Position numbers and translations under genes: made by a program. A stretch of DNA of 64,000 nt from positions 1,666 through 65,665 of the forward strand of contig JBIOVO010000286.1 in assembly GCA_044867735.1 (NCBI GenBank). The letters run 5' to 3'. How positions within the stretch are numbered: position 1 is the stretch's first letter; each line of letters starts with the position of its first letter. The notes under the pieces are model-generated. The model ran no database searches and was not told where the DNA came from. It was given only the letters and a program-made list of their open reading frames with translations. This DNA is from Pyrinomonadaceae bacterium. Its GTDB lineage: Bacteria; Acidobacteriota; Blastocatellia; Pyrinomonadales; Pyrinomonadaceae. Shown in pieces: positions 22,935-34,900 of this stretch.

Positions 22935-25900
22935 CTAGTTGAGCTTGGAGAAGGACTTGGTGAGACCGGCGGCCAGCTCTTGCACATCAGGCTTCATGAC
23001 GATTGACATGTGATTGCCCGGCACTTCAACAACTTCGACCGGTTGCGCCGAAACCTCGCCCCAACCCAACGTCATGTCGGTTCCGACATCGAAATTGCCT
23101 TTCTGATCTTCACGCATGGCGTGCAGGTAGTAGATGCCGCCCGCAACCGCGCGCAGCGGACGGAAACGAGCTAGTCCGTTCAACTTCTGCGCGGGCGTGT
23201 TCAGTAGATCTTTCGGCGCGATGATGCCTAGCACCACGCAACTCACGACTATCAAGCTAAGCACGCCGGCCAACACGATCGAGGGCAGCACTCCGAAGAA
23301 ACTCAGGCCGCTGAGGACGATTACTAAACTCGCCAGAACCACGGCAGTCCGGTTGGTAATCTTCGACAAGCGCGCAATATTTCGTTCCACCTCAGCAGTC
23401 GTGTGAATAGGTCTGAAGAGCGTGATGGTCCCCGGATAAACTTGCGGTCTATAGGCTTGTGTCGCCTGCTTGAGGGCCTTCATTACATGATAGGTGGCGA
23501 CCAGCTTTTGCTCTTCGACAAACGTTCTGATGAGCCTCGCTTCGCGACCACGCTCAAGCGCGTATTCCACTTGCTTGCCGGATTCAACCTGGCGCAGTTC
23601 CTCAACCGGAAGAATTCGGCCCAGCGTTCTGACGAAGAGAGAGATTAAGTTTGCGTCATCCTTTTCGACCCGCTCTCGATCGGGACTCATTCTGAAGCAG
23701 TCGAGCATGGCGACCACGCCCACTTCCTGGCCCTGCCGCTGGAGTTGTTGGGCCATCTCGAACGCAATGATGCCACCGCTCGAATAGCCACCGACCAGAT
23801 ACGGCCCTTGCGGTTGCTGTTTTCGGATCGCCTCCACATAGAGTGCCGCCATGTCTTCGATTCGATTCAATGGCTCCTGGCCCTCAACTAATCCGGTCGC
23901 CTGGATGCCGTAGAAAGGTTGATCCTCCTCAAAGCACTGCGCGAGGTCATAGAATCCGACCACGTTACCACCGCCGGCATGCACACAATAGAACGGCAGT
24001 TTCGATCCCGAAGGCTTAATGGGCACCAGTGGTGACCACTCGTCATCCTGCTTGTTTTCCTGAATCAGTTCGGCCAGTCCTTTTATTGTGGCGACTGTCA
24101 TCACGTCTGCGAGCTGCAGTTCAACTTCAAACTCTTTCTGAATCTGACCAATCAGGCTAAGCGTCAGCAAAGAGTTGCCGCCGAGTTCGAAAAAGTTATC
24201 CGTGATGCCTATCGGACGAACGTTCAGCATCTCTTCCCAGATCTTCTTCAGCCTGATCTCAGTCGCGTTTCTCGGGGCCACGAATGAACGGACCGAGTAG
24301 CGCATTCCATCCGGCGCCGGAAGAGCACGGCGATCTACCTTGCCGTTCGATGTCAGCGGCAAACTATCCAATTGCACAAACGTCGCCGGCACCATGTATT
24401 CAGGCAGGTACTGCTGAAGATGTCGCTTCAACTGACTGGCGTCGAAGTCTCCGTGACCGTTTTGTCCGTTTGACGGCACGACGTAAGCGACCAACTGCTT
24501 TTCACCATTGGCGTCTGCGCGTGCCGTTACCACGCACTCCCGGATACCCTGATGCTCGCTCAACACCGTCTCAATCTCTTCCGTCTCGACGCGATACCCA
24601 CGAATCTTTACCTGTTGATCGACGCGGCCGGCGAACTCCAGATTGCCGTCTTCGAGATAACGTGCCAGATCGCCCGTGCGGTAGAACCGCTCACCATCGA
24701 TCACCACAAACTTCTCCGCCGTCAGTTCCGGACGATTCAAATAGCCGCGCGCCACGCAACGCCCGCCCAGGTAAAGCTCGCCCACGACACCGACGGGTAC
24801 CAGTTGTCCTTGCTTGTCATAAAGTCGCACGCTCATGTTGGCCAGTGGTTTGCCGAGCGGAGATCTCTTGGGCAGCTGATCGGGCGAGACGTCATAGGCA
24901 GTGCAAATGATGGCGCCTTCAGTCGGTCCATATGCGACCTTCTGCTCAGCCTTTGGAAACACCTGCTGGATCTCACGCAACAGATCTACGGGCACCTGAT
25001 CGCCACCGGTGAAAACTTCGCGAACTCGAGCGCCCGCCGATGATGCCGAGTGATTCTTAAGATGGTTGACGAACTGCCGCATCCATCCCGGAGTCGAATG
25101 CAGGAAAGTCACGTCGCGCAGGATTTCAGTGAGCTGCTTCAGATCCAGAGCTTCCTGCCTCGTGACGATGATTGTGCGGCCGCCTACTAATAAAAGACTC
25201 ATTAACTCGAACAGTGAAATGTCAAACGAGAATGAGGCCATGCAGAGAAGCACATCTGTCGCTACGAAATCGAATACGGATTGAGTAGCCAACAGCGTAT
25301 TACTGAAACTACCCTGCTCAACCATCACTGCCTTGGGTTTGCCCGTTGTCCCAGAGGTGTAAATGAGATATGCCACATCGCTACTCTGGGAAAGATTCTC
25401 GGGGTTTGCCGCAGACTGGAGTGCGACTGTCTCCGCTTCCTTGTCCAGATAAACGATCCGTCCCGAGTGCGGCGGCAATGTGTCACTCAGCCAACTTTGC
25501 GTCAGCACAATAGAGGCTTCAGAATCCGCGAGGACGAAAGTTTGGCGGTCGCGCGGATGTTCGGGATCGAGCGGGACGAGAGTGCCGCCCGCTTTCAAGA
25601 CGGCGATTAAGCTGATGGCGGCATCCAGTGATCGCTCGAAGCAATGAGCAACCCGCACTTCGGGCCCGACACCCAGCGAACGAAGATAATGGGCCAACCT
25701 GTTCGCCTTTTCATTCAGTTCCGAATAGCTGAGTTGTCGATCACCACACGTGAGCGCAACCTGATCCGGCGACTTCGCCGCTTGCGTTTCGAAAAGTTGG
25801 TGGACGCAATCAGCATCGACTGGCGTGGAGTTCGGGCGCCATTGCGTGAGCAATTGCTCGCGCTCTGCGGTCGTCAGCATCGACACTTCGCGGAGCCGTT

Positions 25901-28900
25901 GATCCGGTTTCGTCAGGATGTTCTCGAGCAACACTTCGAGATGGTGCAGAATGCGATCCACAGTTGCATCGTCGAAGCGGGAATCGTAACCGAGCTGCAT
26001 TGCGAGGTTTGGACCAGCAGGCCACGCCATCAGTGAGAGCGGATAACTTGTTCTTTGGAAAAGCTTAACGTCCGGCATCTCAAAGTTTGCGGATCTTGGC
26101 CGGTTAGCCGTCGGACCGTTTACCGGATAGTTCTCAAATGCCAGGATGCTTTCAAACAATGAACCGCGCTGCACTTCGCTCCACGATTGGATTGCCATCA
26201 GCGGAGCGTGCTCATACTGGCGCGCGTCGACCTGCTGTTCCTGCAATTCCTTCAACCAATCGAGGGTCATCTGCTCCGGATCTACCTTGAGGCGAACCGG
26301 CAATGTATTGATGAAGAGACCCAACATGTTCTCCACGCCTTCCAGATCGGCAGGTCGTCCGGAAACCGTCGCACCAAAGACAACGTCTGACTCTCCGGAG
26401 TAGCGGCTTAGCAGAAGACCCCATGCGCCCTGGAACAAAGTGTTCAAGGTCAGTTGATACTGGCGGGCCAGAGATTCGAGCCGCGTGGTCGCTTCCGGCG
26501 AAAGCTTGATTGTTTTTTCTCCCGAGTCGCTGTTCGGTTTCTCATCGGTCAACTTGTAAATACCCAATGAGGTTGGTGAATCGAACCCTTTCAGCAATCC
26601 TCTCCAGAACTCTTCAGCCTTCGTAACCTCCTGCCTTTGCAGCCACGCGATATAATCTCTGAATGGTCGCGTGGTCGCAGGCGGGATATTCTCGCCGCGT
26701 TGCAAAGCGTCATAGAGGGCGGAGAATTCCTTCAGGATGATCGGCATGCACCAGCCGTCCATCAACAAATGATGATGACTCCAAACTACTTGCCACTGAG
26801 CATCGCCCAATTGAATCAAAGCGACTCTCATGAGCGGCGGTTTGGTAAGGTCGAAGCCGCGCGTGCGATCCGCAAGTAAGAACTCTTGAACCTTTCTGGT
26901 CTGCTCTTCCGCCGGAAGCCCGCGAAAGTCGAGCTGCTCCCACGGCAACTCCACCCGGTTAGGCACGATCTGCAAAGGTTGCTTCAAACCGGCCCACACA
27001 AAAGCTGTTCTTAAGATCGGATGCCGGTCGAGGATCTCCTGCCACGCTCGCTTGAAGTTGTCAGAGTTGATTTGTCCGCTGATCGGAGAACTCAATTGAT
27101 TGAAGTAGAGCTGCCCGTCTGGCGCATAGAGGCTATGGAAAAGCATGCCCTGCTGCATCGGCGAGAGTGGATAAAGATCGTCGATGTTTTGCCGGCGCTC
27201 TCTGAGCACTTGATCCAATTCGCTTTGCGACAACCGAGCCAGCGGAAAGTCTGACGGCGTATAACCTCCGGCGTCCTCACTCTGACAATGGCTGATGATT
27301 GCTTCGAGGCAGTTGATGAAGTCCTTCGCCAACTGCTCGATGGTCTCGCGCCGGTGCAGATTTCCGCTGAAGCTCCAACTGAGTTGTAGTTGTCCACCGA
27401 CGACGAGTGAGTTGATGTCGATCAAGTGCTGGCGTGTGCCCTGTTGGCTGCACTGACTGCCGCTTGATTCACGCGCGATACCGAAGACGCCAGTGTCGCC
27501 AAGCATTCCGTCGGTCTGTCCAAGGTAGTTGAAAACAACTTCCGCCGGTGGCTGCGCCTGCAACTGACTCTCGCCGCCCACATACCGAAGCACTCCGTAG
27601 CCGATTCCCTGTCCGGGTATCTCTCGCACCTGCTCCTTTACCTGCTTCAGTACTTCACCGATTCGGTCTTTGCTTCCATGCACTTCCAGCAAGACCGGAT
27701 AGATTGACGTGAACCAACCGACCGTGCGCGAGACGTCAACGCTGTCGCTGATCTGCTCGCGCCCGTGACCTTCCAGATCCACGAGCACTGCGTTCTGCCC
27801 GCTCCACTGTTTGAGCGCCAGAGCAAGCGCGCTAAGTAACACTTCATTGATCTTGGTGTGATACACACCGGGCACTTCCTGTAGCAGTGCCTCTGTATTT
27901 GGGCGGCCCAGGCCCACTACCACTGTCTGCGTGCTGCTCACGAGGTTTTCTCCATCCTCGTAATCGCGCGGCAGGCTTCTCACATGTTTGCGCTCAGCCT
28001 TCTGCCAGTAGTCGATCTGCTGGGCCAGTTCCTCACTGCCCGCATACTCCGTCAGCGCCTGCGACCACTGCTGGAAGGAACTGCTCTTGGGCGGCAACTG
28101 CACTGACTCTCCGTCAGCGAGTGAGCGGTAAGCCTGCTGCAAATCCGCCAAGAGGATGCGCCATGAAACTCCATCCACCACGAGGTGATGACAGACCAGC
28201 ATCAGCCGCGCAGGCCGGCCTTCGCCCAGATCAAAATAGATCACTCGCAGCACTGGACCAGCCGTAAGGTTCAGCTCCGTTTGCGCCTTTGCGGCTGTCG
28301 CTTCGATGACCTTCGATTGCTCGCTCTCGGGCACCGACGTCAGGTCGCAATTAGTAAAACTGATCGGCTCGTCGGCTTCGGCGTGATACTGCCGCCAGCC
28401 TGACTCTGACTGCTCAAAGCGCAACCGCAGCGCATCATGGTGCAACACCAAATGCCGCACCGCTTCAGCCAATAGCACTGGATCAACCGCCTGCCGCAGT
28501 TCCAGTAACATCGACTGGTTGAAGTAATGCGGCTCACTCAACTGTTGCTCGAAGAACCAATGTTGGATCGGTGTCAACGGCGCTTCACCGGTCACCAGAC
28601 CCTGTTCGGCCTGGAACGTGGCACTGGATTTAGCCACGAGCGCGAGTTTGGCGATCGTCTGATGTTGGAAGAGGTCCTTCGGTGTCAGGTGCAGCCCAGC
28701 CTCACGCGCTCGAGCAATAGTCTGAATGCTAAGTATCGAATCGCCGCCGAGTTCGAAGAAGTTGTCGTTAACACCGACACGCTGGAGTCTGAGTACCTCG
28801 GCCCAGATCTTCGTGAGGATCTCTTCGGCCGGTGTACGCGGCGCGACGTATTCATCTTTGCTTTCCAGTCGAACACCATCCGGACCGGGGAGTGCTTTCA

Positions 28901-31900
28901 GATCCACTTTTCCATTCGGAGTCAGCGGAAACGCGTCCATGATCACGAAGTTCGACGGGACCATGTAGTCCGGGAGTTTGTCACTCGCGAAAGCGCGTAA
29001 ACGAGAGACCAGGTTACGCGTCCATTTCACTTGCAACGGATCGCTGGCATACGTTTGCCACGTCAGGGGCATGAGGCTCCCTGACTGCGGGGACTCATTT
29101 TGAGTCGTGATCTTCGGCGCTGATTCAGGCCGTCTGAAAACTACGTCAAAGCTTCCATCGGCTATGTCCAACGCCCAGCTCACATCCACCTGAAACTGTA
29201 ATTCCGAACCCAGTGCGCGAAAGTCATCGGGCTCCTCGCCACTTGTTGCTACCGTTCGAAGCGTTTCCCGAATCTCGGCTACTCTGTCTGGCCCATTCGG
29301 ATCTGCGATCAGTTCAATCAGTTTTGCATCGGCCAATACACGAGCATTTGGTACTCCGCGCAGACCGAGCCCCTCGATACCGTTCGCGGCCAGGGTTTGC
29401 CGGATCGCCGGCAGCGTCAAGCCCTGCTCTTCCCAATCCAACCACTCGATTTCGTTACTTTCACTTTCATTCCCGATGTGCAGGACCACGTCGTAGCGAA
29501 ACTTCGTCAGCTCGTTGTGATGAGGTCCACGCTTCAACTGGATCTCAACCCGACCGATATTTGGAAGGTACTGTTTCAGAGCGTGGAAGAACGCCGGATC
29601 GATTACGAGTTCTTCTTCCTGACTGAGATACCGCTTGGTCCGCTCGCGCAATTCAGACTTTGAGACCGAATCCAAAGCCTGCGACAATTGCACCGAGGCA
29701 TGAAATGTTTCCAGCAGCGGCAGGCTGCGAATGTCGCCGATGAAAATGTGTCCGCCCGGCCGCACTGACTTGACGGCGTTTTCCACTACCTGGACGAAAT
29801 AGTCGATCCCCGGGAAATATTGGGCCACTGAGTTGATGATGACCGTGTCGAACTTCTCCGTCTCGCCGTCGTCGTAATCCGCCGCGTCCTTCCTGACGAG
29901 AGTGACGTGAGAGAAGTCGTCTTCCGACTTGTCCATCACCTGCTGAACCTTCCGCAGGCTCGCGACTGAAAAATCCGTGCCGTGATAACTCTCGCAATGC
30001 GGCGCTATTCGGAACAACAACAGACCCGTTCCGCATCCGATCTCCAGCACGCTCTGCGGGCGCAATGCGAGAATGCGATCGACTGTCTGGTTAACCCAAA
30101 CTTGCATCTCTTCGGCCGCGATTGGTTGATTCGTATAGCTCGAATTCCAGCCGATGATGTTGAACGTCTCATCCGATTGCGTTGAAGGCTGGGCGTAGGT
30201 CTCATCAAAGATCATCTGCCATTCCGAAACCTGATCCTCAGACCATTGGTTTCCGAGATCCTCATCAGACTGGTCCTGCAATCGAGACGTCGGCACGACG
30301 TAAGACACCAATCGTTTATCGCCAGGCTGATCTTCGCGAGCCACAACCAACGCATCGCGCAACGCAGGATGCTGCCTGAGAACAGACTCGATCTCTCCCA
30401 ACTCGATGCGGAAGCCGCGAATCTTTACCTGCTGATCGATACGTCCGAGATACTCGAGTTCGTCTTTGCCTATCCAGCGCGCCAGGTCCCCGGTCCGGTA
30501 AAGGCGTTCGCCGGGAACGGCACTAAACGGATGCGGAATAAAGCGTTCGGCAGTAACATCCGGGCGATTGAGATAGTTGCGCGCCAGACCATCGCCGCCG
30601 ACATACATCTCACCAGCCACACTCTCGGGCGCCAGCTCGAAATTCGAATCGAGCAGATAAGTTTCAAGATCAGGAATCGGACAACCGATAACACTCTTGC
30701 CGGCCTGGTCCAAATCGCTTGAAGACAACGGACGATAGGTGACGTGGACCGTGGTTTCGGTGATGCCGTACATGTTGACCAGTTGGGGTTTGCTGTCACC
30801 ATGGCGATCGAGCCACGGCCTGAGACTTTCAAGTTCCAGTGCCTCACCGCCGAAGATAACGAATCGCAGGCTCAGCTCATCCGTTGACGGCGCGGCTTCA
30901 TCGGCGCGTATCAGTTGTCTGAAGGCCGATGGTGTTTGATTGAGGACGGTGACCTTCTCAGTGCGCAGAAGTTCGTGGAAGGAATCCGGCGAACGGCTGA
31001 CCCAGTGCGGAACGATTACGAGGCGGCCGCCGTACAACAGCGCACCCCAAATCTCCCAGACCGAAAAGTCGAAAGCATATGAATGGAAGAATGACCAGAC
31101 GTCATTCTCGTCGAAGTGGAACCAGGCATCAGTCGCGCGGAACAGGCGAATGACGTTGTCGTGCTGGATCAAGACGCCTTTTGGTTTACCTGTGGAACCG
31201 GAGGTGTAGATCACGTACGCCAGATTTTCAGGAGTCCCTACTTGTACAGGATTATCTTCGGGCTCAACTGCAATATCGGCCCAATCAGCATCCACGCGGA
31301 TAGTCGTGATCGAGATCTCGGGCAAGAGTTCAACCAGCTTCTCCTGCGTCAAGAGAATCGACAATTGCGCATCCTCGAGCATGAAAGCCAAACGCTCTCG
31401 CGGATACGACGGATCCATCGGCACGTAAGCTCCGCCGGCTTTGAGGATGCCCAACACGCTCACGATCATTTCGACGGAGCGCTCCATCAGGACACCGCAC
31501 AAACTATCCGGGCCAATGCCTGATCGCATGAGATGGCGTGCCAGTTGATTGGCGCGGCGATTCAACTCGGCATAAGTAATGTTCTGATCTTCGAATGTCA
31601 GGGCCACTGCGTCGGGGCTGCGATCCACAACCCTTTCAAAAAGATCGGACAAACAAACATCGGCGCCGTAAGTTTCCGGCTTGGAATTGGAGTTAGCGAG
31701 GAGTTGCCTGCGCTCACCTTCTGTCAGCAGTGGCAACTCAGACAGTTTGAGTTCGGGATTTGCTACCGCTGCTTCGAGCAGGCTTTCGAAGTGGCCCAAC
31801 ATTCGCACGATGGTAGACCGCTCAAACAGATCGGTGTTGTACTCGATGGTTCCCATCAACGTCTCGGCTTCGGCCCAGAAGAAGCTCAGATCAAACTTCG

Positions 31901-34900
31901 ACGTCGTACTTTCCACGTCAACCGGTTTAATCGTCAGGCCGGTCGAGACGGAGATGTCCTGCGGCAGGTTCTGCAAGATGAACATCACCTGGAAGAGTGG
32001 CTGGCGACTCAGATCCCGTTCGGGTTGCAACTCTTCAACCAGTTGTTCGAAAGGCACATCCTGATGCGCATACGCGCCGAGACAAACCTCGCGCACTCGC
32101 GCAATCATCTGTCGCACAGTGAGATCGCCATCGACTTTGGTTCGCAGCACCAGTGCATTCACAAAGAACCCGATCAGACCTTCGATCTCACTCCGGGTCC
32201 GGTTCGCTATGGGAGAGCCCGTGACGATGTCAGTTTGGCCGGAATAGCGATACAAAAGCGTCTGGAAGATCGCGAGCAGGCACATGTAGATCGTGCTGCC
32301 TTGCTTGTAACTGAGCGCGCGCAGTTTTTCCGTTAACTCCTGGCTGAGGGTGATTGATTCAGTGGCCCCGCGGAATTGCTGCACTGCGGGACGTGGTTTG
32401 TCGATCGGCAGTTCGAGTTGATCCGGGATATTCGCCAGTTGCTTGCGCCAGTAGTTGAGTTGCTGCTCCAATGCCGCACCTTGAAGCCAGCCTCTTTGCC
32501 AGGTCGCAAAATCCGCGTATTGGATCTTGAGTTCGGGAAACGGGGAAGCCTCGCCTCGGCTGAAAGCATCGTAGAGGACACCCAATTCTTTTGTTAGCAC
32601 TGTGAAAGACCAGCCGTCGCCGATGATGTGGTGCATCGTAAACAACACCACATGCTCTGACTCATCCAGCCGCAAAACCTTTACTCGTATCTGCGGGACC
32701 TGGCTCAGATCGAACGGTTCGTGCGCTTCCGCCAACGCCAGCCGCGCAACTTCCGCTTCTCGCTCATCAGGCGGAAGTGACCTCAGATCTATAACCGGTA
32801 TCTCGAACGGATATGGGTCGCAGATTTCCTGTCTGCCCTGTCCGTCCTTCAACACAAAGCGGGTACGCAACGACTCATGCCGCCGAATGATCTCTCGTAA
32901 GCTCTTCTCAAATACGTCGACTTGCAGTGGGCCGGCAAGACGCAAGACAGCCGGCATGTTGTAGGCGGTGCTAAGAGGTTCGAGTTGGTTGAGAAACCAG
33001 AGCCGCTGCTGCGCAAATGAGAGTGGCAGCGGTTCATCGCGCGACACGACGGTGATCGGCGGAGCGCTGGTGCCGTGCTCGGATGTCAGTTCGGCCTCAA
33101 TGCGTGCACTCAAAGTGGCGATCGTTTGGTTCTCGAAAATCGCCCGCAGTGGTATCTCGAGTTGAAAGCTCTCGCGAATGCGCGAGATCACTTGAGTAGC
33201 AAGTAACGAGTGTCCGCCCAACTCGAAGAAATTGTCGTGGATGCCGACTCGCTCCACCTTCAACACCGCGATCCAGGTGGCGACGAGGATTTCCTGAACG
33301 AGCGTTTGCGGCTCAGCGAAATCTGCTGCACCGCCGAAGCCAGGCAACTCAGGCGCGGGCAGCGCTCGGCGGTCAATCTTGCCGTTAGCAGTCAGCGGCA
33401 GATCTTCCAGCAGCACAAACGACGTCGGAATCATGTAATCAGGCAACGACTTCTGAAGATGTGCCCGCAGCAGGAAGGGTTCAAGGGCCGCACGCTCTTC
33501 GCGTACCGGAATGGTGTCGTTCGCAAACAACTGCGCATGATACGGACTCTTCCGATAGTCTGGACGATGATGGAACGATTCATGTTTGAAATCGATGGCT
33601 TCACCATTCTGCCGGACTATCGTGCCTTCAATCGTGTAATCAGGATTAAGCCCGTTCTCGCAAACGGCGCCGCGACACACCAGCTTGACCACGTCCCCGG
33701 CAGTTACTTCAAGGCCCGGATGAAAGACCGGGAAGTAGACAGGAAACCAGGAAGACCTGCCCTTCATAATGTCGATCACTTCGTCCTCTGCGGTGTGCAG
33801 ATTCAGCCACAGCAGAAAGCCGTTCAGGTTGGCGTCCTGAGTGATCACGAGCTCTTCGTGACGGCAGAAGTTCTGCTCGGCGTGTCGGCGGAAGTCGAGA
33901 TCCTCAAATACGCCGCTGGTTGAGACGATGTTTGACGAAGGGAAATTCTTGATGCACAACCTGAGGTCGAATTTGTAACCGGTCTGAGCAAAGATCTGCT
34001 CGACGTAGTGAGCGGCCGTACTGGTGAAAGCCGGATTGTGCAACAGCTCATCCGGAAGAGAAACGGCGACGATTTTCGTGACGCTTCTCTCGGGAATTAT
34101 GACGGCGTCTTCCTTAAGCAGTCTCCTCGACTTGTTGATGATGTGCGCGGCTCCCTGCGCGCCGCCAATGCTCTCCACTACTTCCGAGACACTAACATCA
34201 GCTTTTTCCGGTAACTCGATTTTTGTCGCATCGCCGTGCAGCACGACGATCTGCTCTTGCAGTCCCAGGGCCCGAACCTGTTCACTGGCTGCGCGAAACG
34301 ACTCCTCGACGATGTCTATCGCATAGACTCTTTTGGCGCCGGCTTCCGCGCAAAACCTCGCCTGAATGGCATCACGTCCGGTACCGATGTCTACTACTAT
34401 CTTGTCCTTGACGGCCCTTTCAATTGCGACTTTATAACTGTCGTTTCGTTCTTCGTCATTCGTCAGTCCGTAGTAAACAAGCTCGTCAAAGACAAAGAAC
34501 TCTCCGATAGACGGCCACAATAGAATCCCTTCATCGACGTTCGTAGCTACGTTTTCGGGAACTACATACGCCACGAGTTGCTTTTCACCCGGACGATCCG
34601 CCCGAGCCATCACCACACACTCTTTGACGCCGGGGAGTTCGTTAATCACCGATTCGATCTCTTCCACTTCGACACGGTATCCACGAATCTTTACCTGCTG
34701 GTCCACACGGCCGATAAACTCCAGATTGCCGTCCTCGAGATAACGCGCCAGGTCTCCCGTGCGGTAGAACCGCTCGCCATCGATAACCACAAACTTCTCA
34801 GCCGTCAGCTCCGGATGCCCTAAATAACCACGCGCCACGCTCTGCCCACCAAGGTAGATCTCACCCGCGACGCCGATCGGTACGAGTTGTCCCTGCTTGT

